The notes below the pieces were generated by a model. It made no database searches and was not told where the DNA came from. It worked only from the letters and a program-made list of their open reading frames with translations. The position numbers and the translations under genes are program-made. From Veleropilina oligotropha (lineage: Eukaryota), in assembly GCA_048128005.1 (NCBI GenBank), contig JBEUKZ010000015.1, forward strand, positions 1-64,000: a stretch of DNA of 64,000 nucleotides. The letters are read 5' to 3'. Shown one piece after another: positions 1 to 13,950 of the stretch. Numbering within the stretch: position 1 is the stretch's first letter; each line of letters begins with the position of its first letter.

Positions 1-845
1 AGAGTGTCAAAGATGAACCTTCTGTTAGGTTGGTGCAGCATTTCCAACGTTTATCTCCGCACTTATTTACACTTCCTGGTTGGTCAAAGCCATTGTTCTG
101 TGTAAATTTAGCTCTTGTTAACAGTTTTTTAAATTAGGCGGTTGGCGTTTGCTGTTAATTATCTTACTGTTTTTAAAAATAGAGTTGAGATGCGGTGTGG
201 AGGGTAGCAATTCTTTGCTTTGCTGTATTGTTTCAAAGAAATGTGCATTATGTGGATTAAACGTATTAATAAAAGGAATTGTGTCTTCACTTACTTTTGC
301 TTTCGTAGTACGTAATGTTTGAACATTAATTTTTTTAGCTTTTTTAATTCCCAAATTGATTATGGATTCTGGATATTTTCTGAGTTTAAGTGTCTGTTTT
401 AACTCGTGTAGTCTTTGTTTACGAAGGTGTTTGTCCGTTACAATAGTGCAAATTCTGCGAGCTAAGTTATATGGTATATTTAGCTTAGTGGCTCTAGGAT
501 GACATGAATTAAAAGACACATAATGTTTAGAATCTGTTTTCTTGAAAAATATATCCGTTATAATCGTGGGTCCATTGCGTTTGATAAACACATCTAAAAA
601 TGGGATTTCATCTTTATTGGTTTCCATGGTGAATTTAATTTGATCGTGTAAACTATTCAGAAGATCGTGAAGAATATTTATGTTGCCGTATATCTCATTC
701 CAAATGATAAAACAGTCATCCAGGTAACGTTTAAACGCATCTTCTAAATAATTTCTAAATGATTTGATAATTAATTGTTCTGCTTTGTTGTACATTTTTT
801 CTTCCAGATACGCTAAGACAAGAGTAGCATAATTGGGTGCAAATT
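1..845 (-). mobile_element. Penelope-like retroelement fragment (RT C-terminal part/thumb, running toward GIY-YIG region), frameshifted near 118
   Basis: ORF 118..795 has FKRYLDDCF, IPFLDVFI, KKTDSKHY..SCHP motifs typical of PLE RT; upstream FAPNYATL (motif B'); continues off the window edge. Confidence 0.85.
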
Positions 846-1369
846 TGTATTTGTAAGGGAAAATAAATATCTATCTATCTATCAATCCCTCCACCCGTGT
901 TATAATTGCGTTACACGCATTTTTTTTTAAATTCCACCTCTCCCTTTTATCAAAATACGTTTCGAGAAATATATGACGGTTTTGTAGACGTATAGAATAG
1001 ATAAGCCACGATGTATTTTATATGAGATAGGGAGAAGGGCGATTTCAATGGGCGAAGAAATTCTATTAAATATTTATCCAGCGCGAGCACAGTCCTATTT
1101 CCTCACCGTGTTGTTACGAAGCATTATGACATAAATAGGTGAATTAATGTTGATCTCCGCTTTAACCACACCACTAATTGTTTATCGAGCAATAACCGAA
1201 ATAACACGTTTAGCAAATATAACCCGTCTCATACATGTCATCGGATAGGCTGTTGCGTTATATACGTTGTTACTAGTTGCACACTATCGTGTACCATCGA
1301 ATGATTACTGGTATATAGAACACATATATTATTATTGGCTATATAGACTATATAAACCGTTAAAGCCAT

Positions 1370-3055
1370 TAGTAAGTAAGTAAGTATTTATTTTTCTCTC
1401 CTTAAAATGTTCATACAATAATTTACAGATATATTTATATTACATAACATAAGATAACATAGTGTAATTTGGTATATATATGAGATAATGATGGAGAGAA
1501 AGGATGACACTTAAGCCTAGTGAAGGCTGTTCCTCTTAATTAAGGTAGTGCCACCCCTTCTTGTATATATAAAATTATGTACGATTTAATTGCAGTAAAA
1601 TATTATCGTTAAACAAAAGAGTATTGGGTATATAATAAGTTAATATTTGAAAATACAGATAAAACATGAATTTACGAGTACACAGATTACACTGACAGAA
1701 AACAAATATAATTACATAATTTTTATAACGGTTATAGCTACATAGTAACATTCTCGCGCAAACATACAACCGCACAATCGCACACCGGCTCGCATACACA
1801 TATAGTTTTAATTTTTCTGTCATGTAAGACATATTATACGAATTTACTGGAACTTAATACGTTTGGATTGTTGTTTTTATAAAAGTTTTTGTAAAACTTT
1901 TCATCGTTTTGCTGTTTTTTAAATTGGTAGAAAGATTTCCCCACAAGGACGGCATTTGGCATAAAATGCTTTTGTTATATATTGTTTTAGAGTGGTACTG
2001 TATTGTAGGATCGTTTCTATTTCATGTGTTGTAGTGGTGGATTTGGGAATTATTTGTGAAGATATGTTTTAGTGGGGATGGCAATTGATGTTTAAAATAT
2101 TTATAACCAAATTTGCATATATTTAAATTTATCAAATCGCTTATTTTTAAAATATCTAATCTTTTAAACAGTGGTGATGATGGTTCATTGTACTTTTTGT
2201 TCATGATTAATCTGACAGATTGTTTCAGGCGAATAAACAGTTTATGTAAATAACGTTTTTGAAGCATTGGTCTCCAGAGCTGGAGTCCATATGTAAGGTG
2301 ACACTGAATTGTGCTGAAGTACACAAAGTACGTTTTGTCCTACAAGTTAACCTATTTTTGCAAGAACGTAGATTGTAAATGCTCCTCAGCAATTTATTGT
2401 GAATGTGTTTTGAATGTTCAATCCAGTTCTTGTGGATTTTACAGGGGTAACAATTGTGTCATTTATTTTTAATTGGAAGTTTGCATTCTCTAAGTTGTTG
2501 TTATTTGGTCGAAATATAATATAATTGGTCTTATTTACATTTAGTGAAAGTTTGTTTCCTTTGAACCACTCTGTCATTATTGTAAGGTCATCATTTACTT
2601 TGTCGTACACTTCCGTTATTCTTTTGCCACTGGTAAATGTAGTTGTGTCGTCAGCGAAATTTATCATTTTCAAATATTTTAAACATTTATTGAGATCATT
2701 GATATAAATTAAAAACAGAAGAGGACCAAGTACAGATCCTTGCGGTACACCATAGTCATTAGTCATATAATCTGATACTACATAGTTGTTTGAATTTATA
2801 TCATGTGACAATTTTACACGTTGCTCTCGGTCGCTTAAGTAACATTCAAACCATTTCCCATTTCTTTGGGATACCTCGAATTCCATAGTGTTCTAATTTC
2901 GATAATAAAATATTATGGTCTATTGTATCGAATGCCTTTGATAAGGCAAGGAATACTGCTAGCGTATACTTGTTCTCCTCTAATCCTTTGACGATATTAT
3001 TTATTAGTTCTGTCGCTGCGTCGATTGTATTGTGGTGTTTTCTGAAGCCGTATAT
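1370..3055 (-). mobile_element. 5'-truncated, decayed CR1/L2-group LINE (family C) with 3' UTR and short (TTAC)n tail
   Basis: GVPQGSVLGPLLFLIYIND and FADDTT in 2386..2886; C-terminal fragment 2022..2324; 3' stem-loop at 1501-1557 shared with copies at ~38147 and ~60312. Confidence 0.85.
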
Positions 3056-3542
3056 GACATTTGAAATTCAATTATGTATCCACAAAAGAAAGTTCTAAGT
3101 CATCACTGTTATTCATAATTTCCGTGTCAGATTTCAAAAGACCTTTCACCTACAAAATCACAATAGCTCTACTCTTAATGCCTCATAGATATATATTGCC
3201 CTTTTGCAAGCGACATATAAACCCCAATGGGTAAATAAGTAGACAGCATCACGAGATCGTTCGCAGCTGTTATATAAAACTGTTTAGTTATTACACTCTG
3301 GGAAGAGAAAAACGGAGTATCAGGTCATTCTCAACAGAGTGGTCGCGCCGGGCTATATTCATGAAATACTAGTATATCTAAAATTATTGTTATTTTTAAT
3401 CGGTATAAACCTGTATTCGGTTCACAGCCGCTCGAACGACTATTCATTTTGGCGAGTCAGTCTCAACAACGCATTCGATCAAGTGACTCAAAATATTGAT
3501 TATGCTGGCTACATTTCTACGTATTATGTGTATTGGCTCGAC

Positions 3543-3904
3543 CAAATCAAATCAAATCAAGCTTTATTTACCGTCGGCATGTTGCAATAAAAATAAACAC
3601 TAGCTTAAAGGTATTTCACCGACCCTACAGGCTAGTATTACTATATTATACATAAGGTAAAATAAGTAAGTAGAAGACATACAAAATAATAAGGCAATAT
3701 TAGGACAAAATAAAATAAGGCAATATTAAATAAAATACAAGATGGAGTGAAAATGGTAATATTAGTTGGTTGTATGCATACAATTACAAAAGATAAAGAT
3801 TAAAATTTGCATCACAGGCAACATAGACAAGTATATACATGCAAGAGGAAAAAGTTGAAGTAATTACATACATGCAGTACAGCGGCACGAATCAGGACCA
3901 TTCC
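3543..3904 (-). mobile_element. 3' end of CR1/L2-group LINE X (last codons WNGPDSCRCTACM*, 3' UTR, (TTTGA)n tail); its 5' part is at 32235-33590
   Basis: Joining across the duplicated CATTCC restores the reading frame ...IIKAWN|GPDSCRCTACM*. Confidence 0.85.
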
Positions 3905-3979
3905 TACGATGGCTGATATCTGCCATTATTAATTCTATAAATTTATCATGTCTATTGTAAAACTAATTCCAAATTATAT

Positions 3980-4341
3980 TGACGAATAAAACGTTTTATT
4001 CGCGAACAAAATGTTTAATTCGCGAACAGAATAGTTTTGTTCCCGAACAAAATGTTTTATTCGCGAACAAAATGTTTTATTCGCGAACTAAATGTTTTGT
4101 TCGCGAACAAAATGTTTTGTTCGCGAACAAAATGTTGTATTCGCGAACAGAATAGTTTTGTTCACGAATAAAATGTTTTGTTCGTGAACAAAATGTTTTG
4201 TTCGCAAAAAATGTTTTATTCGCGAACAGAATAGTTTTGTTCGCGAACAAATCATTTTATTCGCGAACAGAATAGTTTTGTTCGCGAACAAAACATTTTA
4301 TTCGGGAACAAAATGTTTTATTCGCGTACAAAATGTTTTAT
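3980..4341. repeat. ~20-21-bp tandem array (TTCGCGAACAAAATGTTTTA-like, palindromic TCGCGA core) in the left TIR
   Basis: Direct reading; array resumes at 11369 after the LINE insertion. Confidence 0.95.
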
Positions 4342-5142
4342 ATACACTAAATGATAAACTAAGAGAGAAAACTACAAATCAGCCGCCATTTAAATTAAGT
4401 AACATTACAGATGTCGACGTATATAAATCATTGGTAACTGCAAACGTTAATAAACTGCCGGAATTGACTGTATTGGACCAAAAATATTAAAGCTAAGTGC
4501 ACCAGTGATTACAAAATCATTAACCCATATTATAAATATGAGTATACAAAGTAATGTATTTCCAGATCTCCTTAATTGTGCCAAAGTAACGCCTATTTTT
4601 AAGAGTGACCCTAGGGATGACCCTACCAATTATAGACCGATATCGGTACTTCCATCATTGTCAAAATTATTTGAAAAACGTCGCAAAATTAATATACGAA
4701 TACCTGAATGAAAATAACCTGCTCCATGATGCACGATCGGGATTCAGAAAAACGCACTCGTGTCAAACAGCACTGACGAAAATAACAGACACTTGGCTAA
4801 AATAAATGGACGAAGGCAACTTAACTGAGGTGGTTTATCAAGATTTTAAGAAAGCATTTGATCTAGTTGATCACGGCATCCTCATTTCCAAATTAAGCTC
4901 GTACAATTTCGATGAAAATGTTATACGTTGGGTAACGTCGTACCTTAGCAAACGAACTCAATATGTTTGCCTAGGAAGCGCTCACTCTACTTCATCTGCA
5001 ATTATAGCAGGTGTTCCTCAAGGATCAGTGTTAGGTCCCCTGTTATATATGATATTCATAGACGATCTACCACTTAGTACAGTTAAATCTAACATTGACT
5101 TATTTGCAGATGATAGTACACTTTACTCTTCTGGTCCATCGT
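4342..5142 (+). mobile_element. CR1/L2-group LINE A, 5'-truncated copy, part 1 (RT, frameshifted)
   Basis: Near-identical to the inverted copy at 41787-44243 (TLNDKLREKTTNQPPFKL..., GVPQGSVLGPL, LFADDSTL). Confidence 0.9.
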
Positions 5143-5334
5143 CGGTGTCTTTCGGTGTGAACGGACGTGTTTTTCGGAGCTCCGCAAAATGAATATGTAG
5201 ACAGAACAAAACGGACTACATGTATTGGATTCAATTATAACAAACATGGATTAATATACTAACTGGATTTAAGTTGCATATAGATCGACAAGGGTGAGTT
5301 AAATACAACATAGCACTGATTCTGTACACTAACA

Positions 5335-6572
5335 ATGCCGAAAGGCCGGAAAGAAAAGCACGCCGATTCAAATGCCTCGCCAAAATCGAAATCTATATCT
5401 ATAGATATTGGTGAGATCTTAAGTGACATATCACAAAGTGCACCGCCCGGCGTCGATCAGGAAGGTAAACCAGGTATATACATTACAGAAGAATCACTGT
5501 CTAAAATCATCGAGACCAGTGTGCGAAAAGCTATAACTATTGCGGTAGAATCAATCAAACCCGAGTTAAATGCTTATATCAATGAAAAGTTCAACATGCT
5601 AAGATCAGATTTATTCGACTTAACATCTGAAATAGAGATAATAAAAAAGGAATCATCAAAATACGAATCAAGTTTGATCAATCTCGTCGAAGAAAACGAC
5701 ATCTTAAAACAAGATATCTCATTTCTTCACTCGAAGTGCAACGAACTGGAACAGTATTCTCGCCGTTCGTGTGTACGCGTTTTCGGAATAAAGGAGGAGA
5801 AGATTGAAAACTGCGAACTACTCATTGTTGATGTGCTGCAAAATAGTATGAAGCTGGAGGTGTCTGCTAGCGATATTGAATCCGCGCACCGAGTCGGAAA
5901 GGTGCGAGATAAACCGCGAGGGATTATTGTCCGTCTTAGTATAGGTTAGATGGCGGATTGGAGAGTCTTAGCAAAATAGGAGTCGAGCCCGTAGGGCGAG
6001 ACTACTTTTTGATAAGAGTCTACAAGCTGCCGTCTAACCGACTTAGAAGCTAATTTCATTTCTCCACACAAATTATTTATAATTATCTAATTTGTTAAAC
6101 TATTTATGTTATCGAAACACATATTTATTACAAAATAATTAGCTTTTTTACCAATATATCAAGAAGATCCATATTAACATTACAACCTGTCACCCCTATT
6201 CTTAATAATGGGTAAGGCATCGCAAACAATAGACCTGCAAAGTGCCGTCTTCAGCAATAATTGACGAGAAATACTGCTCTCTCATTGGCCGAGAAATGAA
6301 ATTGGCTTCTAAAGAGCAGGAAGACAAAGGAATCTATAATGCGTGTCAAATCACTACTGAAAGGTAGCACCATCAGCATATTTGACGACCTGACAGCTAC
6401 CAACATCCAGCTCCTTAACACAGCCAAAAGACATCCCATGGTTGAGAACGCTTGGTCAACCAACGGAAAGATCATTATGCTTGGGAGAAATGGAGTCAAA
6501 TATCGCTTGCAGGCAGGTTGCAGCATCGACAACATCTTGGCGAACACTCCAATCTCCAAAAATAGAAGATAA
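5335..6572 (+). pseudogene. LINE ORF1 (coiled coil + RRM/CTD, L1-transposase_22-like), split by an insertion at ~5937-6312
   Basis: ELEQYSRRSCVRVFGIKE...SAHRVG...IIVRL then KSRKTKESIMRVK...IFDDLT...AWSTNGKI. Confidence 0.8.
5937..6312. mobile_element. Small non-autonomous element with ~95-nt hairpin and 22-bp inverted repeat
   Basis: Hairpin 5944-6039 (GGTTAGATGGCGG...GCCC GTA GGGC...CTGCCGTCTAACC); TTAGAAGCTAATTTCATTTCTC (~6043) inverted at ~6291-6312; interrupts ORF1. Confidence 0.65.
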
Positions 6573-6747
6573 ATACCTGATATATACCTACCAGCTAAGT
6601 TAGTACATAGTACATAATATTATACAAAATCCAATATGCAACATCCATATTATATACTGTACGAGTCCATCATTTGTCCATTTACTGTATTCTGACTTCC
6701 TCGAAGTTCTTATTATTTACATACGTTTTTGTTTTTCTTGCAATAAT

Positions 6748-9700
6748 ATGAACATATCCCCATGTGTATTTTGCACAAAAAATGTAAAAAATTACAAAAA
6801 CGTTTGCGCTATATGCAACAGAAAAGCACACTCGAAATGTTTGCTATCAATTCACAATGAATTCAATACTCAAGCCGATTTTATTTGGTATTGCAATATA
6901 TGTCAGTCGCGGATATTCCCGTTCAACAATATTGAAGATAATGATGAGTTTCTTTTCGCAATTGATAATTTCAATGCTCCAGACGGTATCGACTGGATAA
7001 TATTAAGGATTTATGTATCAACCCTTTTGAATTTAATGATAAAAAATATACAATTAATAATGAAAACATTGATCCAGACAATAACTTTTATAACTCTGGA
7101 TTGAACCAGTCATGTGATTATCTTGTCGATGACCAGTTTAATGCCTTATACAAAAGCATCCCAAATGAAGAAAATTTGTCTTTAATCCACTTTAATTGTA
7201 GAAGTTTAAATAAGAACTATACAAATATTGTAACCTATTTAGATTCTTTACATAAAGACTTCTCCGTAATTGGCGTCACAGAGACATGGTTAAATTCCGA
7301 AACTGAAGATTTGCATAACATATGCGATTACAACAGCTACTTTCTTTCTCGGCGTCACTCAGTGGGTGGCGGCGTAGGAATGTACGTTAAGAGCTGCTAT
7401 CAATCTAAAGTCAGATCAGACTTGAATTATTTTGACGAAGATATATTTGAATCGATATTTACTAAAATCTCCCAAAAGAAACAAAAAAATGTCATAATTG
7501 GTGTAATATACAGACCACCAGGTAGAGATGTTGAAAAATTTGTCACCAATCTTGAAATCATATTGTCAAAAATTAATAACGAAAACAAAACTATAATTCT
7601 CTTGGGAGACTTCAATCTTGATTTATTAAAATACGAATCTCATGTACCAACAAATACATTTTTAAATAGCATTATCTCGAACTCACTGTATCCCGTTATC
7701 ACCAGGCCTACCAGAATTACAGAACATACAGCTTCTCTCATAGACAATATATTCATAAATGACATGACTCATAAAGTATACGCAGGAATTTTGTTCACGG
7801 ATATCTCCGATCACCTGCCTATATTTTTAATAATCGATATGAAAACCGATAGAAACCCAAAACCAAAAGTAAAATTTCAACAAGTCTACTATGAACAAAA
7901 CATAACATATTTCAATGACGAATTAGAAAAAACAACTTGGGATGATATCTATACCGCTAAAAATGCAAACGATGCGTATAATGCTTTTATCTTAAAATAC
8001 AAATCTGTACATGATAAATGTTTCCCTATCTTGAAAGTCAAACCCAAGGATAAAATTAACAAGCCCTGGTTAACCAATGGAATAATTAACTCGATCAAAA
8101 GGAAAAACAAACTATACAAAATATCACTAAATAAAAACACAGACCTTGCAACCATGACGTATAAAAACTATAAAAATAAACTAATCCATTTAATAAAAAT
8201 TAGTAAAAAGAAATACTTTGCAAATAAATTAGAAGCAGCTAGAAACAATTTAAAAGACATATGGAAAATCATTAAATCAATAATTGGAAAAAGTAAGTAC
8301 TCCCAAGAAATTCCAACAGAATTTAAAAACAACCAAAGTACCATAACAGGTGACACTGACATAGCAGAATACTTTAACAATTATTTTACTAATATAGGCA
8401 CAAATCTTGAAAAGAATATCCCAACCGTCAATACAAGTTATTCTACTTATATGTCCGGTGTTTATGAAAATTCTATGTTCTTCACTCCTGTTTATGAAAG
8501 TGAGATCGAATGTATTATCTCTGACTTGAAAAACAAAAGGACATCTGGAGTCGATGGCATATCAGCATTTATTGTCAAAATATCATCAAAATGCATTTTA
8601 GCCCCCTTGGTTTCAATTATAAATTTATCTTTATCAACTGGGGTTGTCCCAGACTGTCTTAAAATAGCAAAAGTAGTGCCCATCTACAAAACTGATGATC
8701 AAACTAAATTTTCAAATTATAGACCAATATCATTGCTTCCACTTTACTCAAAAATATATGAAAAAGTTGTATACAACCGATTATTGAATTACATTAAAAC
8801 ATATGACATTTTATATAAAAAACAATTTGGTTTTCGTGAAAACCATTCCACGTACATGGCACTACTGGAATTAGTGGACCAGATTACAAATTCAATTGAC
8901 AACAAGGAATTTACAATAGGTATATTCCTTGACTTATCTAAAGCGTTTGACACTGTCAACCATGAAATATTATGTAATAAATTATATCATTATGGTATAC
9001 GTGGAATTCCATTGCAATGGTTTAAAAGTTACTTATCAAATAGGAAACAATACGTCGCCATTAGATCATCTGCTTCCTCGGAACAAAATATAAAATGTGG
9101 TGTAACCCAAGGGTCAATACTTGGCCCTCTATCATTTTTACTATATGTCAATGACTTAGCTAATGTATCAGCATTACTAAATTTTATATTATTTGCCGAT
9201 GACACCAATATCTTTATGGCACACAAAGATTTCTATACAATGTTAAAAATTATGAATGCAGAATTGAAAAAGGTAAACTTATGGTTTCAGGTTAACAAAC
9301 TTTCCCTAAACATTAAGAAAACAAATTTTGTTATATTCTCTTCAAAGGGAAAATATTACCCAAAATCTGAATGTAGTGTAAGAATTAACAACACTGAAGT
9401 GCAACAAGTAAAATATACAAAATTTTTAGGAATCATGATTGATGAACATATCAGTTGGACAATGCACATACAAACAATTGCGTCTAAGGTGTCAAAAAGT
9501 ATTGGTGTCATGTATAAGTTAAGAAAATCCATTCCCTCACATACCTTACCAATGTTATACTATTCATTAATTTTACCCTACTTTCAATATTGCACAATTC
9601 TGTGGGCCAGTACTTACTCCAGCCGTTTGCATAAGTTATCCTTGTTACAAAAACGTGCAATCCGCCTCATGTCAGGATCGCATTACTTGGAAAATACTAA

Positions 9701-10046
9701 ACCAATCATGTATAGATATAGTCAATTAGCCATATGTGACATTTATAAACTGCAAATAGCTTTGTTTATGTATAAATGTTATCACAATATCATCACTAAC
9801 GTTTTTGCGCATTATTTTATCCATAATTACAGACTTCACAACTATGGTACACGAAACTCTAACGATTATCACTTACACCCATGTCGTACTAACACTAGAC
9901 TATTCTCTATTAGATTCCAAGGTCCGCGACTATGGAATTCTTTACCAAACTCATTGAAGCACTCACTAACATCACTTGCAACATTTAAGTCACGTTACAA
10001 GCTCCTACTACTAAAAGATTATATAAATGAACACATAAGCAACTAG
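6748..10046 (+). CDS. LINE ORF2: PHD finger + APE endonuclease + reverse transcriptase; one frameshift near 6993, 981-aa open frame 7101..10046
   Basis: PHD CxxC...CxxC...HxxC...WYCxxC; EN motifs HFNCRSL, GVTETW, GDFN, SDHLP; RT motifs FLDLSKAFDTV, QGSILGP, FADDT. Confidence 0.9.
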
Positions 10047-10313
10047 ACAGCATATTTTGTTCTAACTTAATGTTACTTCTATAACACCAAAAACACATTC
10101 TACATTATTATATACTAGGGTAAAGAGGTGGTCCCAATATAAGCCCCACCAGGCTTCTCTGGATCTCCTCGTCAACTTTACAGTCTGTAAGGGTTTTATT
10201 ACCTCTAATATCATTACACGTTACTTTGTACATCGTTATTTTTTTTCTGTTTATTTTATGTTAATTGTGTATATTGTATATTGTATTGTAAATGTTGGCA
10301 AATAAACCATCAT

Positions 10314-11368
10314 CATCGTTAGACATAGTAGAACTAGCTTTGAAAGAAGACTTAATCTACATTGAAACCTGGTGCCATAATAATAATATGCTCCTAAATG
10401 TGAATAAAACTAAATGTATGCTGATATCTACAATACAGAAGTTATCACACATGGAACATAGAACATTGACACTAAATGTAAATAATGCACCTATTGAAGA
10501 CGCCTCTAATCATAAGCTTCTAGGTGTTTATATCGACAAATTTCTTCAGTGGGATGTCCAGGTAAATAAAATTTGCAATGTTTTTACTTCAAAAATAGCA
10601 CTACTATTCAGGATTAAGAAATATCTGCCACACAAAACAAGAATTCTTTTTTTCAATGCTTACATTCAGCCTGTACTTGACTGCTGTTTAACCATATGGG
10701 GAAACTGTTCCAATCAAGACTTAAACAGACTCTTAAAACTGCAAAAAGAGCAGCACGCATTATCCTAGATAAGCCGTTCGATTCACCATCTCAACCCTTG
10801 TTTAAAATACTTAAATGGCCAAAAATTGACAAAAGAATCGAATACCACAAGGCAGTCCTTGTCTACAAATCTATAAATGGAATGGCTCCACCTTACCTGC
10901 AGAGTCTTTTCAGTTTTGGCAAGGCTGACTATTTGTTACTGTCCGTTGAAAATGAAAATCTCTCTTTGCCAAACTTTTCGAGACAGCTATATAGAAAGAG
11001 TCTCAAACTATCAGGTGCCACTATTTGGAATAGTCTGCCAAAAACTGTCAGATCATCAAGTTGTCTAAATATTTTCAAACAAAAGTGCTATAATCATATG
11101 TTAATCTCAGATTAGGCTTATACAATTTTAAGTATGCTTTCTCTAAACATAGCTTTACCAATATAGTTCTACATTGTTATTTCCATTATATGTACTGTAA
11201 ATATTATTGTATTGATTTTATCTAGTATTGTTAGTATTATTGTTTATTTACTTCAGTTCGCTGGTATTACACTACTTTAGTTGTAGAGAAGGCCACAAGG
11301 GGGAATAGTCATTTTTCGTGTACTAATTGTGTTACCTTCTTTAAATAAAGCATTATTATTATTATTAT
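10314..11368 (+). mobile_element. LINE A part 2 (RT C-terminus, 3' UTR, (ATT)n tail)
   Basis: Matches 41787-42830 in inverted orientation; AATAAA then (ATT)n merging into the TTCGCGAAC array. Confidence 0.9.
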
Positions 11369-11914
11369 TCGCGAACAAAATGTTTTATTCGCGAACAAAA
11401 CATTTTATTCGCGAACAAAACATTTTATTCGAGAGCAAAATGTTTTGTTCGCGAGCAAAATGTTTTGTTCGCGAACAGAATAGTTTTGTTCGCAAACAGA
11501 ACATTTTATTCGCGAACAAAATGTTGTATTCGCGAACAAAACATTTTATTCGTGACCAAAACATTTTATTCGCGAACAAATTGTTTTATTCGAGAACAGA
11601 ATAGTTTTATTCGCGAACAAAATGTTTTATTCGCGAACAGAATAGTTTTGTTCGCGAACAAAACATTTTATTCGCAAATAAACATTTTATTCGCAAATAA
11701 ACATTTTATTCGCGAACAAAATGTTTTATTCGCGAACAGAATGGTTTTGTTCCGAACAAAATGTTTTATTCGCAACAGAATAGTTTTGTTCGCGAACAAA
11801 ATGTTTTGTTCGCGAACAAAAATGTTTTATTCGCGAACAAAATGTTTTATTCACGAACAAAATGTTTTATTCGCGAACAGAATAGTTTTGTTCGCGAACA
11901 AAATGTTTTATTCG
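11369..11914. repeat. Continuation of the TTCGCGAAC tandem array (left TIR of the IS3EU-like element)
   Basis: Direct reading. Confidence 0.95.
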
Positions 11915-12414
11915 TCCATTTAATGCATAATTAATTTTACTGTAGACATAATATATTTATAGATTTAATTAAAGATATATTGCCCTCAATGATATCGCAC
12001 ATTGCTTTACAATTCATTACTCGCATACATTTGCATGTTATATAGTTTTGATGAATCTAAACAGAAGAATATACATCGTTTGCTATTTAATTATATACAA
12101 AACAAAATCGCCTCTAAAATCTTTGCTCGCTAGCGAAATATTATCATTCGACATCGGTCATTTTGCTGAAATTCCCTCTCTTCGTTCAACAGCTTGTTGT
12201 CACAGTTGATTTCGTCAAACATTTCATCGAAATAAACACGGACGTTTCATCAAATAGTACTTTTACAGTGTAAAATAGTTAATAAGTAATAATGCTGCAG
12301 CTCAACAATCCATAATGCCCAAGTTATTTCTGCTGGGCGAGTAGTGTACGCCATATCCGAATTTGATAATGAATCATAATTTTTCAAAAACTTTGCTTAA
12401 ATGGCTTATTCGAT

Positions 12415-13722
12415 TAAGATAAGATAAGATTTATTTAAAGTCGTGTTTAAAATAATAAACTTTAGCCTACTAGGGCTATTTGACAACATACTTAAAACAT
12501 TACATATAAAGAAGAAAGGAAAAGAAATAATAAATAAAATAATACATATACATATAATATACATATAATACATAATTATAATCTTATAAAATATATAAGG
12601 CTCTATGTACGTGATGACAATAAATTTAAAATATCACTCGTCACTTAAAATATCACAGTTTACTTAATTTAACATAGACCATAAGTTGATGTATTTAAAA
12701 AATAATACAGTTATGCAAATGATGTTAGTATCTGGGAGCGTGTGTATAATAGAATACACCGATAGAAAAACAATGCTAATTTGGGACTATAACATTGTCA
12801 TTGATTTATATGTATTACCTACAGTAATTACATTTGCACGATGGGCCAGCCCATGTTTTTATGATTTTTTTAAACTGTGCACATCCCGACAATTTTTTAT
12901 TGCTCTGGGTAGATTGTTCCAAATATTGGAGCCAAAATATTTAAAACTTTGTTTACCATGCTTAGTGGTGTTTGGTCTTGGAATGTGCAGGTTATGTGGG
13001 TCTCGAAGATTATGGTCAGATTTACGATTTTGAAAAAGATTGCAGATGTATGTTGGGTCGTATCCATTCACCGCTTTATAGACTTCAAGGGCTATGGTTC
13101 TTAGTCTGCCTAATTCTAATGTTGGGAGACCAGATTTAAGTAGTAATTCGTCATATGTCGATGCATAGTCACTATAAACAAAAGGCAAGCCTCTCTCTTT
13201 AAGCTTCTCAAATTTAAGAGTGTTTGCACGGCTGCAGAAATGCCATATTATAGGGCAGTAGTTAAAGTGACTAAGCACAAAGCATGCACCTGAAAATACA
13301 TAATCTACTTTCTATATTTAATTTAGATGACAGACGCTTTAGGATATTTAATTGTCTGCCTGCTTTGATACAATTTTCAGTTATATGTTTGTTGAAATCG
13401 AGTAGTTTATCTATGTGTACTCCAACTAGCTTTACACTAGAGTCACATTCTACAATTTATGTGCCTTTAATACAGATTTTGAAATCATTTGTTTTGGTTG
13501 TACCAATGGTATAATTTGAAACTTGGATGGATTGGCCTTCATTTTGTTGATTTTAAACCAACCCATAATAGTATTACTTTCATCTCTAAGGATATATTGT
13601 AGTTCATAAATATTTTTGGCATAAGCAGAAATGGTGTTATCATCTGTATAATTTATTAAATGTGTCTTCCTTGATGAAAAATGCAAGATCATTTATGAAA
13701 ATATTAAAGAGCACAGGCCCAA
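12415..13722 (-). mobile_element. 5'-truncated CR1/L2-group LINE fragment with (ATCTT)n tail
   Basis: GPVLFNIFIND, YTDDNT, ANPSKFQ, FNYCPIIWHFC, WNNLP motifs in broken frames. Confidence 0.85.
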
Positions 13723-13950
13723 CAAGTGCGATTCACTCTTATGACTACGATTGGGGATTGTGTCAGTTACAATACATCGATTTAATCCGATTACTTAGTG
13801 GGGTAATTAACTGAACAAGTATTCAGTGACCAGGGGTCCGATTAATTATCCAAATGTACCCAAATGCAAAATGAGGCTTTATGGTTATAAAACTGTCCGA
13901 GGATCAATATAAAATACAAATACGAGTAAGTTTATTATGTTTTATGCTCA

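Larger units (their letters stand above)
5143..10313 (+). mobile_element. Near full-length CR1-type LINE B (ORF1, PHD-EN-RT ORF2, (CAT)n tail) inserted in LINE A
   Basis: Interrupts LINE A at SSGPS|LDIVEL; CATCGT duplicated at 5137-5142 and 10314-10319; AATAAA then CATCAT tail. Confidence 0.9.

Noticed and set aside
11369..11914. Regular palindromic ~20-bp repeats resembling a CRISPR array (also 3980-4341, 32030-32190)
   Set aside because: No unique spacers, no cas genes, eukaryotic context; they are tandem arrays inside transposon TIRs
11329..11923. ORFs of MFANK/SRTK/REQN type (also 4088..4291)
   Set aside because: Translations of the tandem array
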